64,000 nucleotides of DNA from Gekko japonicus. Lineage: Eukaryota. Positions 63,090 to 64,000 of the stretch are shown here, in pieces (position 1 is the first letter of the stretch; every line of letters begins with the position of its first letter). The DNA lies in NCBI RefSeq assembly GCF_001447785.1, contig NW_015162061.1, positions 64,887-128,886 of the forward strand, in the 5' to 3' direction. A program made the translations under genes and the position numbers. Below the pieces are notes generated by a model. It was given only the letters and a program-made list of their open reading frames with translations, did not search any database and had not been told where the DNA came from.

Positions 63090-63169
63090 GTGATCACGTG
63101 AAGGCTTTGCTCATTTCAGCCTCCAAGGAAAAAAGAGTGATCACGTGAAGCCTTTGCTCATTTCAGCCT
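63090..63169. repeat. 47-bp-period duplication containing two TCACGTGA palindromes
   Basis: GTGATCACGTGAAG(G/C)CTTTGCTCATTTCAGCCT at 63090 and 63137. Confidence 0.88.
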
Positions 63170-64000
63170 TCACAATGCCCTTTCATTTAAGTGGCTCCTA
63201 AGATGATTTATGTCTGATTTCCCAGGGTTATTACTTTTCTAGATTGACATTCTTTTGCAAATCCATCCCCCAACAAAAACAGTGAGGAACTGTATGAAAG
63301 TGATCCTAATGTTAAAAAAAAGTTGTACAGTGCATACAATGTTACAAGTTCTGTAACAGGACCTGTGAATATACATACTAAAATATCGCAAAAATCACCT
63401 GGGTAAGCTTGATGGATGCTGCCAATTAAAGAAAGAATTTGCCTTGTGCCCAGCTCTCAAGAGAACTGACACAAGGATACAAAGTACTCACTGTAGGAAG
63501 TCTTAGCTTCCCTACAGTTATACCTGTAAAGCTTTGTGTTCACTGAACTTCCTGAAGAATCTCTGCAAAACTCTTATCTACAGGCATACATTTAGCCACT
63601 ATTTTCTCTCTTATCACATACCGAAAATTGCTAAATATTAAAATCTGTTTCTAAAAAAGATTTGGTTCAGGTTTGACACTGAAAACTGCCTTATAAGGTA
63701 TAAAAGCATGAAAGGAGGAAGAGCCTTTGACAAAACTAAGGAAGTTCCTCTGCGCTTGCTCAATACAGAAAGAGGGTGGACTTTTTTTGCTCCCACACAG
63801 AGAAGTAATGCTGAATAAATGACACATATGGAAAAATCATGGCATTAAACAGTGAAACCACTATTCTGAAATGTCCTGCTTTATCAAATGAACAAGCCCA
63901 GTTTAAAAGATATTAACTACGCTAACTCTTTTAAAAATATATACTGGGTACATCCTGATCTTGTGGACTCTGTACTTAAACTAAGCAAATTGCTTATGAA

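Noticed and set aside
39503-64000. ACTR3 exon 1 or its promoter CpG island
   Set aside because: No MAGRLPACVVDCGTG-coding sequence was found. The CpG-rich patches at 55894 and 58530 are TEs.

Overview
Vertebrate genomic DNA from a squamate reptile, probably a gecko (inferred from the Sauria-type SINE, CORE/L2-tail SINEs, 5S-derived SINEs, BovB, CR1 and DIRS content). The whole window lies inside one gene, ACTR3 (Arp3, Arp2/3 complex), on the minus strand. Coding exons 2-12 are all present with GT-AG boundaries. They total 1213 nt, which plus the 44-nt coding part of exon 1 known from other vertebrates gives 418 aa plus stop. The 3' UTR with tandem poly(A) signals is at the left end. Exon 1 lies beyond position 64000, so intron 1 exceeds 24 kb. 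The introns are dense with mobile elements: two DIRS1-type tyrosine-recombinase retrotransposons (one full-length but decayed, one internally deleted), a nested L1 > RTE-X > Helitron-like stack with readable target-site duplications, young CR1 copies, hAT MITEs with perfect 8-bp TSDs, Helitron-like elements, Penelope-like fold-back relics with degenerate hammerhead ribozyme cores, and several SINE families. I found no convincing wholly new protein-coding system. The best leads are RNA-structural: a splice-donor-like motif in the terminal hairpin loop of the DIRS elements, the hammerhead relics, a young chimeric SINE and a Helitron resembling insect elements. There are three assembly gaps (9959-10024, 16687-17423, 56987-57040). 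TE family names come from recalled motifs, not database searches.
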